From Bugula neritina (Eukaryota > Animalia > Bryozoa), in contig OZ037771.1 in the NCBI GenBank assembly GCA_964035545.1, positions 6,357,190 to 6,421,189 of the forward strand: 64,000 nt of DNA, given 5' to 3'. The notes under the pieces were generated by a model. It was given only the letters and a program-made list of their open reading frames with translations. It ran no database searches and was not told the DNA's origin. How positions within the stretch are numbered: the stretch's first letter is position 1; every line of letters begins with the position of its first letter. Both the position numbers and the translations under genes were made by a program. Below, piece by piece: positions 36,527 through 50,838 of this stretch.

Positions 36527-38627
36527 CTGCTTTGCTATAGATTTTCCTGTTGGAAATTGTTAAATTTTCTTCATAAAAACTCTGCCACTATTAAAAGGTA
36601 ACATTGGTTTTGTGGAGGAACTGCAGCCTGACAGGCATCTAAAGCTGCGCCTCATTCAAGTGCCAAAAGCAAGATAAAGCATCTTCAACCACCACTTTTT
36701 GGCATTTGAAAAACATGTCAATAATATATTCAATATAGCTGTGACAGTGGCCAAATACAAGGTGGTGGCTGCACATGTAATGCAAATAGCATACGGCTTT
36801 ACTAGTTTCGTGCTAGGCACTGTTTACAGATAGCTAAGGTTACTTGGGCCATATTCAACAGCCTCTACCAGCTGTCAGTTTAAAATTAAAAAAAACTTGT
36901 GGGGATTAAAGGTACTAATCTTGCCATTTCAAATATAATTTAGAGCAGCTAGTGTAGTTGCCACGATGTGGAGGCTATAAGTAGGTAGAAGAGCTCTACT
37001 GAATGCCTTCATAGGTAACCAACCATTTGCTGATTCATCAAAACATACAATAATGAATGAGCTTTATTAATACACTTTGTTATGGTTGGAACGACTTGTG
37101 TGCAATGAGTGTGGACTAGATTGTATTGGCTCAGTCAGTTCAAATATTCACAACACTTGCATAGAATATACACCAATAACCTACACAATGCCAATGTTTA
37201 GTGAATGATTTTGCTGGTATGGTCTTTTCTAACCATCATGGGCTAATAATTGTGCTAATTTCCAGTTTGAATTGCAGTTGAGATGTACACCAGTCCTAGT
37301 AGAAACAGCCCCGACTTACTACGGCATTACTGTAGCATACTCCGTTATTTATAGATATTTGAACAAGAGGTAGCTGCAGTAGCTTCCTAACATCCAGATA
37401 TGATGCTAATGCAATTACTCTCTCTCCTCAACTTATTACCTCTTCACAGAATACTTGTGGGTAATTATAGAGGCAGCCATTACCCTATTTCATATAACAA
37501 TCATCATGGCTGCTCTCTCTTTCTATCCCTGCTATTCTCCATTCTGCTCATTACTCAAATATTTCAAATAATATGGTTGAGAGAGCATCCTGTGGCTTAC
37601 TGCATCCTTCCTGTCTCCAAAGAATGATTAATTACCTTAGCTGCTTAGCAGCTCTAGGCTTTCCATTCACTATCAGTTGGGACTGCATGTGGCAATGAAG
37701 CTTTCACCATGGCGATACTTCACTGTGTGGATACAGTTCCGGAGCTCTTCATTCCTCCCTCCCACACCAATTATTGGAAGCAAATGAAATTTGGTAATTC
37801 CATTGATTCAATTTAATGAAGTTTTAGGGCAGTGAAGCTCTTAATGGTGGACAAATGGAAGAGCTATGACCATACCATCGTTCTACATGATCACACAGGT
37901 TGTTTGTACTGGCATTATAGGTATTTGAAATTGGCTGTAAGTGACTGAATGGGTGTGTTTGGTTTTCCTGCTGGGATATTGCAATAACTGAAGTTCACAG
38001 GAAGCTGAAATGCCAGCAACAGGAAACAATTAGTAAATTGATAAAAGGTAGATTTCCAAAAGTTGTATTTGAATATACCAAGGAGAGAGCTGTACGCCAT
38101 AAATACAATACTTATATTATAACTATCAAGAACAGTTGTCAGCCGAGCTTTGGTGACAATGATTCAGAACATGTATACAAAAGAGATGAAAGCCCTTCAT
38201 CATTATAAAGAAGACGTATGTAGGTTTCAACACTGGCTCAGCATCACAAAAAGTTACCAGTTCAATTTCAAAGTCCACAATCTCTGTTCAAAAAATAGGG
38301 TGGCACTGCTGATTGTGATACCGAATGAGAATAATTAAAATAAAATGGTGGAGTGAAAAATAGATAATACAAAAGTCAGAAAAGTTAACAGCAGCAGAAG
38401 CAGAGTGTGATGGTGTCAGTATATCCATCAATGAAAGAAGTAATAATCCTGAGGATATAATATAACCACAGAGCATGGAGAGTGTGTGCTGTGTTCAGTG
38501 AGCGCAACTAGTTTTTACAGCTGTCTCAACTCTGAGATGATGAATGATGTAGGTTAGCTGAATGATAAATAATCATAACATCACTGAATTGAAAAGAAGA
38601 GACAAATAATCTCCCAAGTGTCTATCA

Positions 38628-39677
38628 CTACTTCTCACAGTTACATCCTCGTTTTCGAAAACAAGAGCTATTGTAACAAGCAGTCGTGGCTGCCACGCCA
38701 AGCTTCATTGGCACATAGCAGCACAGGCAGGGAAGACAAAGACTCAACGCTGTCAGAGCTGACCATCTCAGCACACAATGAGGTGTTTCCGTACAGGAGC
38801 ACGGCTCTACTCGGCTGCCGTCTGCGTTATCCATGCAAGTCTTAAAGCAGCTCTTCACGCAGCACATGCAAGTTAATGTGTTGACTACACTGTCGGCACT
38901 GCAGTAACAGTTGCCTTCACACAGCCACCTCTCCGGCAGCTTCCTGTAGCCCGAGCACTGGGCACACCTGCACTGGCCACACTCCTGACATATTATGGTG
39001 TTGGCTACACCACCCCCCTCATCTACAGTCAATGTGATGTCACAGGATTCCGGCTGCCTCCTCACCGCCTGAGACGACGTCACCAAGTCGGTGGCAGAGA
39101 CGTGGTGACGATTCAGACGTGATGCACGGAATTGTGAGGACTTGGGCTGGTCTGTGATGATTAGGACAACCGGCTGAAGTTTATTGTTAGACACACTTCT
39201 ACGGCTTAATTGTTGGTCAGTTGAGCCGGGCTTCCTAGGATGGTGATGCTCAGAGTGACTGGCAGCTTTCTGTGCTGCTGGCAAAGAGTTCGTAAGTGAT
39301 GCCTTAGGTGTTGCCTTAGCCTCACGAGGCGGTAGCGGTGGTGGCCTGTCCTTTCGAGGAGGAATATCAGGTGGCCTTGAGTCACTATAGTTTGATTGTA
39401 AACTTTCACGAAGTTCATTTTTTGCATTCTCGTGCTGCTCTAGTATATCCTTGGAGTAGATAGGTTTGGTGGGAATACTAAGCTTAGCTTTAGATGTGCA
39501 CAGTTTAGGAGGTAGTTTTGGAGTTGAAGTTGCAATACTACTAGCATCCACATACTCGTTCTGCCTGGTTTCTGGTCTAGCAGATAAAATATTTTGCAAG
39601 GAGATGGCCCTCCCAGGTCTTGGTATACTTCTAGACGGTAAAGGGGGTGGTGAAGGGTGCGATGTACTATTCTCCAT
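38628..39677 (-). CDS. SPRY: Protein sprouty
   Basis: Single coding exon with N-terminal NEYVD tyrosine motif, Pro-rich region and Cys-rich SPR domain (ICQECGQCRC...LPERWLC..NCYCSADSVV..LTCMCCVK...PCSC...RWSAL.ALSLCLPCLCCY.P). 5'UTR acceptor at 39728; likely first-exon donor at 46660. Confidence 0.96.
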   Translation of the reverse strand: MENSTSHPSPPPLPSRSIPRPGRAISLQNILSARPETRQNEYVDASSIATSTPKLPPKLCTSKAKLSIPTKPIYSKDILEQHENAKNELRESLQSNYSDSRPPDIPPRKDRPPPLPPREAKATPKASLTNSLPAAQKAASHSEHHHPRKPGSTDQQLSRRSVSNNKLQPVVLIITDQPKSSQFRASRLNRHHVSATDLVTSSQAVRRQPESCDITLTVDEGGGVANTIICQECGQCRCAQCSGYRKLPERWLCEGNCYCSADSVVNTLTCMCCVKSCFKTCMDNADGSRVEPCSCTETPHCVLRWSALTALSLCLPCLCCYVPMKLGVAATTACYNSSCFRKRGCNCEK

Positions 39678-41769
39678 TTACTGGGTTCTAGCATATATCT
39701 GTTAATGCTATTTCTGCCGAAAGCATGTCTACAAAAATAAGTAATTAATAAGAATTAATTGTCAATATATATTACATGTTTGCTAGGAGACAATACTGAA
39801 AGGAGATGCAAGGTGCTCTAACTGTAATAAAACTAATTGATAATGAGATACCTTACTGGGAGCTAACAGCAAAACAAGTTATGGGACATTCCATGAAGAC
39901 TACACCGGTTGGGATGGTTACAACGTATTGGACAACATCATAATGACTATAACTGACAGAGTAGATAGCATATCCACACATGGTGGGTTTAGGTTAGTGA
40001 CAGCACTTTACAGGAGAGGTGGGAGACAGCTGCGATTAGAACAGAAAAAGTTTCAGCTTTCTACTCCATAACACCTAAATTGAATACATAGTTTGTGTGT
40101 GAGACTAAACTATGAGTGAGACTAAGATGTGAGTGAGATTTAATTGTGAGTGAAGTTAGAACACTGGTTAGCATTGACCTGAACCGCTGATTTGTCTAAA
40201 ATCTAAATGAAAAGATACAAGAACCAAGTGACCAAACTGAGGGAAGCCTTTTTCAATACCACCAGTCATCAGTTTAGTGTCCGAGTTAGTATTGTTGACT
40301 TTATCCTACTCAATTATGTAGGGCACCTAACTTAAGAACAGTAGCAGGGTAGAACCTCAATATCTATTTTTATGAATTAAAAAATAATTAGCAAAGGTAG
40401 AAATTAGTATGAAGGTAACCACACATAATTTCTACACCCTGAATGTAGTCTAAATCTCATCTAAATTTCTGGAGCCCTATTTATTTATCAAGATGTCTAT
40501 TAGAGCTAAATAGCTGGAAGAAAAGCTCAAACCAATTAGCTAGAGTAGATGATTAGAATCTGACAATGGAGCCCTGCGCTCACAATAGGAGCACAGCTTG
40601 TCAACTATTGCAGTTAGCATCTTAGCAGACGATACCGTGCCGACAGCTCATCAACAAACAAGTATCTCTACACTACACAAGTAGTTTTACACCAGACAAG
40701 TATCTCTACATCGAACTAAAGAGGCCAAGGGAATTGGTTTACTAAGTCAGTTACAATGACTGCACCAGCTCTGTTTTCTAGTTAGTCATTACATTGTCAG
40801 AAAATCTAATTATCAGGACTAGAAAGTAGATTATAAATAGTTTGCTGAAATCGTAGATACGAGAAAATCAGCATTTGGCAGGTGCAGCCCAATGCATAAA
40901 TACACTTAGGCTTTCTGCCAACATACAAATTGCATTAGACAATAAATAAAATTATAGTGTCAACACTTTTCCTTTCAATTTTTCTAAAAATAATAGAGGC
41001 GTGATTGAATACTAGGGATAGAGGAGTAGCATGCATTTACACAGCTGCGAAGTATACATCAGTATAAAATTTCTTTTCATCTTTGACCAGTTACCGATGG
41101 CGCACAAGGCACCATCATGTTGACTGCACAACTAGATGTCCGCCGAGATGCGTGCATGTATTTGATATTCTGTCCCGTGTCCTCCCAACGACTGGAATGC
41201 CAAAAGGCTTTTCATCGCAGGGCCGCCCTTTCATTGACTGTAGATGGCACAAGTTATATACAGGGAATTAATTTTAGCTATTAGCCAGTCGCACTGGCTA
41301 CTCAGCACGATTTGCTGGTTCAATCACGCGCAACATTAAATCAATTTATTATAGAAGTGGTGAAGTGGATTAAAACAACAGTCATTGTAGCAGCTGTCGA
41401 TAGACTTTATTAATGGGATCCTTGTTCTCAGCTTTCCAGAGCAATGCTGGACTACCGCCAAATCAATGCATTGTGGGTAAAACGAATGACTGAAGTGTAA
41501 GTAGAGCTAGAATATGACTTGAATATAGGGTGGTCCAGTGTTATAATCCATTGAACAGCGCTGCCCATTAGCTGTAGCAGCAGCAGCGATTTGCTTAGTA
41601 GAGGGTTGTTTATCTCTAATGTGGTTTCAATTAAATTCTATTTCTGATACTGACATATTGTATTTAATTATATAGCAAGAGAGTTACAGTTTCTATTAGT
41701 TGCTATTCTATTGGCAGAATAAATTTTGAACCTTTTTTACCTTAAATTCTAGTAAACCCAGTCACTTGA

Positions 41770-41905
41770 AGTAGGGGTAGAAGGTAGGGTAGTAGAGGTA
41801 GGGTAGTAGAGGTAGAGTAGTAGAGGTAGAGTAGTAGAGGTAGAGTAGTAAAGGGGTAGAGTAGTAAAGGGGTAGAGTAGTAAAGGGGTAGAGTAGTAAC
41901 GGGGT
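41770..41905. repeat. Purine-rich 14-15-bp tandem repeat (GTAGAGTAGTAGAG)
   Basis: Direct reading; in the inferred Sprouty intron 1. Confidence 0.9.
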
Positions 41906-42198
41906 GGCAGCTATTGAGACTAATTGATATCCTCTGAAGTCTAAACTCTAATTAGTGCAAATATATTGCCAGTTTGAAAAGTCTTGCTCACACAGCTGAC
42001 TGACATGGCACTCCAGTATGCTGCCAACTGCAATGTGCAGGGTAGCATTAACATGCCTTACCGTCAAGAAGGAGAAATTTCAATGTCCGAGTTGAGAAAA
42101 TTCCATAATTAAATCTTACTTCCAAGTTTTCAAATTTGTCAAATGCTATCTTAGTTCCTAATTCCTAATAAATTTATACTAGGACTGTCCCTCTTTTA

Positions 42199-42620
42199 GA
42201 GTGAGTGACTGTGACATAGTAGCTGTACTACATAGTGAGTGACTGTGACATAGTAGCTGTACTACATAGTGAGTGACTGTGACATAGTAACTGTACTACA
42301 TAGTGAGTGACTGTGACATAGTAACTGTACTACATAGTGAGTGACTGTGACATAGTAGCTGTACTACATAGTGAGTGACTGAAATAGTAGCTGTACTACA
42401 TAGTGAGTGACTGAAATAGTAGCTGTACTACATAGTGAGTGACTGAAATAGTAGCTGTACTACATAGTGAGTGACTGTGACATAGTAACTGTACTACATA
42501 GTGAGTGACTGTGACATAGTAACTGTACTGCATAGTGAGTGACTGTGACATAGTAACTGTACTACATAGTGAGTGACTGTGAAATAGTAGCTGTACTATA
42601 TAGTGAGTGACCGACATAGT
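42199..42620. repeat. Minisatellite, 34-bp unit (GTGAGTGACTGTGACATAGTAGCTGTACTACATA)
   Basis: About 12 near-identical head-to-tail copies with no spacers. Confidence 0.97.
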
Positions 42621-45600
42621 AAGAGGTATTACTAAACAAATAGACATTTCGAAATGTTAATCTATATTATGTTAATAGATATTTAATAACTTTAAAAGTA
42701 GAGCATTTCTTCTAGTTAAAGATTAGTTGATTTAAATATGATCTTGTTGTAAACAGATGCTTAGGCTTAGTGAAAGAAATTCGAGTGTATAGTGCCGAGA
42801 TAAGATAAGTAGACTAGTATTCTGAAGCAGTGATAGTGTCTACACATAAATAGATGGTCAGTTGGAACAGACTTCCCTTGGCAGGCTTCTATAAGTTGAA
42901 GACAAAGATTTTATTCAAATAGTATTCTGGGTGAATTGAAGATGCACAATAAACCTCTAGCCTACTAGCTCTACGCCTAGTTTGATAAAGCTGCCCGACT
43001 TATACGGCTTGGAGTATACTGAATGGAAAACATCCATTGTTCAAATTTATGCCACTGGCATAGCTGGGTCAGACTTGCAAGTATAGGTAAGCCGAAGCCA
43101 ATGGCTCACAATGATAAGTGTAGGGCAGAGCTTTCAGCGGATTGCAGTAACTTGGGAGCAAGATAAAAGGCTGCAATAGCTAGCTGAAGAAGGCCATCGT
43201 ATTTTCAGCAGCTTCGAGTCAGCAATTAGCTGCTCATGCTCTGTATTTGTTTAATCAATTGCAGCCACCAGTTGAGGAGTATATCAGAGTTGTAGCTTAT
43301 TACAATAGAGGGTGGTAGTAGTAGTAAGACAGATTATCTCAACAAATGCTATAAACCCGACTGCCGCTACTACTACTATTATGAGCCATGTACAGCTATC
43401 ATTTGTTTTGACCACAAATATTAACAATAGATTAATTTATTCCAAGCATTCTATATACATCATAATGGAAACTAACTAGCCCAAAGCTTATTATGGGGTA
43501 AGCTAGTAGCTACTATTGCAGTGGCAGGGGGTGTTTCCTGTAGATGTACAAGTTCTCTCTACCAGTATGTTATGCATTAGCCAACATAAATGTAGAGAAT
43601 GGCTGCCTTTACTCAAAAATTAAACTTATCAATGCTTCAAAGAACATCAAACTGAACTGTTGAAGATGCCATCAGAAGTAATTTAAAACTAGTGATAAAG
43701 CTGGGCCCTCCGAACCAGTGAAAGTACTGCCCTAAAACCAGTGAAACAGAGTTCTTGTAAATATGTTGCTTTTGAGAGAAATAGATTCTTTGTAAGAATC
43801 CAAGACAATTGAAGTTTAAGGTGATCACCATTTTTGAATAATAACAAAAACAGAGGTCTTACAAGCTAACATAGAAAATACAGAATATTTAGAAGTAAGG
43901 CTGCATTATGGCTGGACAAGACCTAGAGAGTATAGCTACAGGAAAGTGTCTGAAATAAGTAGAATTTAATCTCAGTGATGAAGAATGTCTCAGCTGCCTT
44001 ACAAATGTAACACAAAACCTCTTAGCCGTTTGTGTAAATGTATGAGCCGTGTGTATATAAATAAACATGTTTACGCATTATTACATGGCTGCCTGCCTTC
44101 AATCAATGAACCAAGTATTCGAGGTATGTGGGCCATGCTGGTCTCCATGCTCAACTAACCCAACAGCAGTCATTCATGAAATCTATACCCACCCGTGTCA
44201 GTGAAGGAGGGGGCAATGTCACCTATATATATATCTTGCATGTCATTTTACACAAAACTGAAGTTGGCTACTATACTATTAACTAATGCTGCCAGCTTCT
44301 CCAATACCCCAAATCACTCAATGAACTAGATTTACTCTTATTTCTCATCCAGCAGCAAAGATTGATATCTATTCAACAGTAGTGCCTAATGCATTTTCAA
44401 GAGGCAAACTAAAAGGTTTTATTATTATTACAGCTTAGATTATAGTCACATTTGTGGTCTGCAGCTGATGAGGAATACAGAGCTGCCAACATGATGTCTT
44501 CAATAAACAGTTATTGTCTTCTTACAGCCACTGGCAGCTGGAGCGTTAGTACTAAGTAGCCCAACATAATCTCCATACCGAGTTGAAAAAAGTTGTAAGC
44601 GAGAGGAAAAACAAAAATTGGCTGTAGAAATTATCATGTTCAGAGAGCTCTAACTTAATCCATGATTATTTGAATTCAGGCCCTTCTAACGAATAATTTC
44701 GAAATAATATACTAGTGAATTTGATTATATAAAACCATTCAAGTTATTTTAAATATCAACACTGCAAGTGGTCAGCAATAACCCACCAGATGGCAAACAG
44801 AAGGCCGGTCATCTTTCAATAAAACAGTTTTGTTGAGGCCTATTGGGTTTGAAAATCATGAAAACCACTTAGTGTGGTTTTTATCTTGAGTTAGTTTCAA
44901 AGACAAGAGAATAAAACTCAGTGACAGCTAAGATGATGATGGGAAAAACTGTTGATAAAATATGGTCATTAAGGATAGAGAGGATTTTTATTTCATAGTT
45001 TTCACTACACACAGTGCCATCTGAACACAACTCAACAATAATAAATTTAATTACTTCAAGTTGCCTACAATAATAGTAATACTCTACTATTCATCAATCC
45101 CACTTAATTAAAATTTTATTTGGTGTCAACAATTTAACTGAGTGCCATTTTTACTGTTGGTATACCAATCACTATAAACCATCAAATTTAGTTGAATATT
45201 TTTATTGGTCTTAATGACTGACTGCTTTTAGTTTAAGGCAATTCCTACCTTGTAAAACCAAGTACTCTAACCAAATAAAATAGCAATATAGCAAAAATCA
45301 ATTTTAGTAAAAAATTACATTAAAATGGGAAATATAAATATACAAATTGAAAGTATAACAAATAGGAATAGTTATACTATAATAAGGATCGTCTTAATAG
45401 CTAAGAGTTCAAGTATAACGTAAAACTTAATGTAATATTTGAATGAGCACAATCAAGTGGCCAAAGCAAGAGATAGGTGCGGGCAGTAATGGAGTAAAAG
45501 CACAATGCTAATCATAATGACAATTGGAGTGTGTAACTGTATAGTCAAACCCAGAACACTAAAAAGGATAATAAATATTCATATTGAAAAAAAGAAAGAT

Positions 45601-46014
45601 AAAACTGATCAACTAACAAGTAATATCAAAGACAATGAGGTGTAATGAGTAATACTAATATCAATTTTATAGAATTAAAATTAACTCCCGAAACTGTTAA
45701 TGTTGCAACCATATAAATAGGCCATCAGTTGCAACAACTATAAGACTGCGAAAAAGATGGAGACTTAGAGTCGGACTGAAACTGTGATGAGCAACTACGA
45801 GTCATCAAGTGTGAAATTGTATAACCACTGCAACTGTTACTTATCTTTTAGGCTGTGAGATACCAGAATCAGAATGATATCAACGATCACTACGGCTATT
45901 ACAAATTAATTTAATTAACTTAGACTTGTCACTGTCTTATCAGTATCCCTACTAGTAAATTTCAATTTGAGATACACAACGACAATGTTAAAATGTAGGT
46001 CCTGGGTGAAAGAC

Positions 46015-46960
46015 AGATGACTTATAGTTATAGTTATGATAATTATAATAATATTGAAGATTTGAACAATTTCAATTTGGTTTCAATATAAATATTTACT
46101 ATAACTATCAGCATAAGTATAACATTTATCATAATAATGTCATAATAATAATATAAGTAATAGTATTATCCGATAAGTATAATTATTGAAATGAGATTAA
46201 TACAAATAAATTTAAAATGTTAATGAAAAAAACTGTACCATAATACGCTTGATAATGATATAATTAAAATCATTTCTATCCAATATTTACAGCAAATACA
46301 GTATAAATTAGTATCACTATAAGTATTCATAACTAACAAGTAATAACTATAAGTATAAGTAATAAGCATAAGTCTGATAAGATTTACTTCTAGTATATGA
46401 TGATCACAATGATAATGATTCAGCGATACCACTACCAGGTATGAGGTACGAACGGCTATGCCTACGATTATATTTATTGTAAGTGCAACCTCACTGCTAT
46501 TCAGTCTCACGCTAACATGATGATAATGATAATATTAAATTTAATGTTCATGCTCATCATGCTTATGATACTAGTAATACTAATAGTAATAATGATACTA
46601 AGTTTAGTGAAGTAAGGATGTGTTTTTCTTTTTACTGGCTTACTTTACGCTTAGCTTACCTTGGCTTTAGGCGTGTAATTCAACTTCCAGTTGATTAAAT
46701 TTAATCCCAAAAATCCAATTAGCAGGCTAACTTTCACACGAGATATACAGCTACAGCTTTAACTTCAAGTTCAACTAATAGTAATACAAATTAAAACCGG
46801 AGGGAAAGTCAAAGCGTTGTACTAGTAGTAGTTGTACTAGTGGTGGTAGTAGTATCTGCACTGTAACTCTGAGACTAAGAGTGAGTGTACAATTAAACTT
46901 TAACTTGAAACTTCCAAGTACAATTTAAATTACAATCAAGCTCAATGTGAAGTTGAAAAT
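46015..46960. repeat. Degenerate 6-bp-period arrays around the inferred Sprouty first exon
   Basis: ttatag ttatag ttatga; ataact ataagt ataagt aataag cataag; tagtaa tactaa tagtaa; taactt gaaact; minus-strand donor AAG|GTAAGC at 46660. Confidence 0.6.
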
Positions 46961-49900
46961 GAATGATCTGTCTTCTTGAGGTCTTTAATCGGAGCAAAAT
47001 GTTTACTGGCAACTTGATTTCAGGTATTTGAAAATATATTACAATTATTAGACTTGGTAATAATAATATCCGATAACAGTGTAAATTCCCTGACGTCGAA
47101 AGCTGTCATTCACAGAAATGCAAGTAACAACAATACGGCTGCACTACAACATCGCGTTAGAGGGTTTTCGTTCAACAAGAAGTACTTATGCCATATATGG
47201 AATGATTAAAATAGACTAAGCTCCAGAACATTGGCTTATTCTGCAAGCACTGTAGACGGCTTCTAGTTTTAAAAAAGGGGAAGCATTTTTACAAATTAAA
47301 AAAAATATAATGTATTATATAAATATTAATGTCACAAATAAATTTATAAACATTTTTAAACAATTTATCATGTAATGCAAAAATTTATCATGCAATTTTT
47401 AATAGATTTAAAGAATAAAAGTTTAACTGCTAGTAGCTACTACCTTTATAATAAGTGTTTGCGATTTATAGGACAGATAACTCTGTATTGCAATGACTAT
47501 GATTGCAATGTCTCCATCACAATGTTATTATTTCCAAATAAGCTTTAATAAAACTGCCAAGTGGATTATATCATTTTTGCTCAGTGAACTATAATATAAA
47601 TTGTAAATTATTAAATAATTGCATCTTATGTAATATTAAAGAAATTGGTTATTTCATTATATATAGCAATTTTATGCAGATTGGGGAATATAAACATACA
47701 CTATTTATCTTTTTTCCCTCAGGACAATTTTCTAGCAGAAAAACCACATTATTATACACAGCAGTTCAAGAAGAATCCCACCATAAAGCTTATATGCAAA
47801 AAAGAGCTCTTCTCTAAACTGAATAAGTTAGCATAGTTTACTAGGCAGTCAATTCTCTATAAAACTGACACTTACCATCATGCAATGCCAGCTTGTTCTC
47901 TATAATTTTAGCTGCAAGTTGATTTGCTCTACCAGGTAAAAGATGAAATAGCATGAATGGAATAAAAACTGCCCATTCACTGTATAATTCACTACTTGCA
48001 TTACGAAGCATACTTGTTTCTACTAATATATAAATCTTTAAAATATAATACAGACTGGATAGTGGTGATTTTTTGCTCTGCCAAACAATTAAAAAAAATA
48101 TTTAAAGAAAATGGCGATGAAAATAGTTACCCCAGTAGTGGCTTCGCTGGAGAGACTTTAACCGGCAGATATTATGTTGGTGCAGCACCAGAATGGTAGC
48201 GCATGACGTACTGAAATATTGCATAGGTCACCACTATGGATATGAATTTTCTAAAAGCTATCGAGTACTTGCATTTCATACAGCAATGAGAGGTGAATAT
48301 AATACTTGGGTATAGGTCTAAATTCACCTACAGCAAGACACATTTTAGCTATGTTGGAATTAGCGACTTTAGCATTGCTATATTTCTCATGTTGGACTTG
48401 TATCTGGCTAAGAAAGTTGATGTGAAAACCCGAACTTTCATAAATTTACATGTGTGAACTTATGGCTATATTTTGGTAAAGAATTTATTGCCATCTTATG
48501 CAGTTGCAAGTATTTTTGTAGGTATATTTGTTGCCATATGATGCAGGCTGTTAAGCGTCATTACACGCTATTAAATCTCCAATACTGCTGACATGCAAGC
48601 AGGTAGAAGTTGCTCAAAATCCTTCTCTAAATGTCGAATACCAAAATTCAAGACTGGCTCCTAGTGTTTCCTGATATGGACTCCTTGAAGAATGAAAATA
48701 TTCTGAACTTGATATAATTACTTTGATATATAGAAAATTGATGAGAAATAACTGTTGGAATAGTATTTCATTATATGCAGTAGAGCGCATGCAGGCAGCC
48801 TACATTTACTGTATTTTGTTAGTTTGAATTCCTCAGCAGTAAAAGTCTTCAGTAACTTGAGGAGTTGACAGGTTCTCTTAGCTCCCAGCTGAGACCACAA
48901 GCTATACTGACACATAATTACAATTATTACTGTATTTCAATATTGAAAGCATAACAAAAAATTACCATTAGCGAATTTAATAAGTAACATTTAGGAATAA
49001 AGACAGAGTATATAGAAAAGAGTTGACCGGAATCACCATAATCATAATGAGACTGATATACTGCCTTCTATTTCCGACAATAGTGTACTAAAATACCAGC
49101 ATGTGGGAAACATGACTGTCACCCAACAATCACTACAACCGAATAAGTTACACCAGATATTGTTGGCCAATTACATGACTGCAAGCAACAAACACACAAC
49201 AGTACTTTAAAAAATAAATCAAATTAAACTGAATATAATAAAACAGATAAAATATTATACAACTTTCATTTATTATGTATACTTGACTTTAATAAATTTT
49301 TTTTCTTATTTCATCTAAAAATAAAGTTTAATAAAATAACTGCTCCGTAGATAACTGTTTCCAGATCTTAACTCTGCTCTGCAACCTGCAATACCAAAAT
49401 ATTATGCTTAGTTTTGGAAAACACGCTACTCAATAAAAGTTATGGGAAAATAAAAAGATGCGCAAGAAAATTATTTCAGGGATCGTCCCCTCTCCAGCAA
49501 ATAACAGGGTGTCATGACCAACATGTTCATGATGGAGGAACTAGCATTTCTACCAAAACATATTGTTAAATTGTAAGAAAACATTTATTCAATTTATTAT
49601 TCTATGTCATCCATTTATTACAAAAGTTATTACAGCTGCAGTACACATTGGTAGCAACCATCACATCAAATGACAGAGATAAGTGGTAGATGAAGATAAT
49701 AATGTGACACCATTAAAAGACTCAGCAGCAGTGTCACACTTTTGAGATAAGCCGACAGGAAATACAAATAAAGTGAATGTTGACACAGTTGGCTATATAA
49801 TGAGGAATTATGATGAGATACAAGATAAATACTGTATTGCAGTGCTGGGCATTATAAACTACTTATGCTTCAGCTTTATTACACACTACACTTGAGTTGC

Positions 49901-50284
49901 ATTGGCAGATTTTACATTAGCACTTCATTCTCATCTAGTTCCATTCAGATTAACCGCTTCATTCAGTCTAGCTCATTCACCCAGCATTGTAAGAATCTTA
50001 TCTTGTACAACTTAATAAACACACAGACACATTTAATTTATAACCTCTACACTTTTTGCCTACAGAAGTCTAAATTGCAGGTTCTTTGCGGTCATCACGT
50101 AATTATTTTTCATGTAGCAACATTTTAATCTCATTTACATTATTTATTAAAATATAGCCTTACATTTATAATTACCAGTTATAATCACAAATTAAATATT
50201 TACTAATATTGCCCTTAGCTAACTTAAGCAAAGATGGAGTAGCAAAAGCAGTACGAATTGGGAGGGTTAATCATAACAGAGGAA

Positions 50285-50728
50285 AAAGTAGCAGTGGCAA
50301 TAGTAGTAATGGTAATAGTATCAGTAGTAGAGGTAATAATAATAGTAATAGTATCAGTAGTAGAGGTAATAGTAATAATGGTAATAGTATCAGTAGTAGA
50401 GGTTATAGTAATGGTAATAGTATCAGTAGTAGAGGTAATAGTAATAGTAATAGTAGCAGTACTAATGATAATAGCAGTAGGCTAATAGTAATAGTAAAAG
50501 TAGCAATAGTAACAGAAGTAATAGTAATAGTAGTTACAGCAATAGTAAGTTATATAGTATTAGTATTAATAGTATTAGTATTAGTATTAGTATTAATAGT
50601 ATTAATAGTATTAGTATTAGTAGTAGTAGTAGTAGTAGTAGTAGCAGCAGCAGTAGTAGAGGTACTACTAGTAGTAGTAGTAGAGGTACTACTAGTAGTA
50701 GTAGTAGAGGTACTAGTAGTAGAGGTAC

Positions 50729-50791
<63 letters not shown>

Positions 50792-50800
50792 AGGTGATTA
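50285..50800. repeat. Compound (TAG)n/(AGT)n microsatellite
   Basis: Long AGT-based tract; source of spurious poly-Val and poly-Thr ORFs. Confidence 0.97.
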
Positions 50801-50838
50801 CAGTAAAGTTAGCAGTCACCTTAGCAAATTATTCTCTA

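Noticed and set aside
31800-38600. Additional protein-coding gene between HORMAD and Sprouty
   Set aside because: No chain of phase-compatible exons or recognisable peptide found; better explained as Sprouty 3'UTR and regulatory DNA. A small or non-coding gene cannot be excluded.
42199-42620. 34-bp repeat array as a possible CRISPR
   Set aside because: Head-to-tail units with no unique spacers, no cas genes, eukaryotic context.
47050-49200. Possible gene or transposon between Sprouty and NDFIP (ORFs 47584-48915)
   Set aside because: Short ORFs without motifs; no convincing TIR/TSD pair found by eye.
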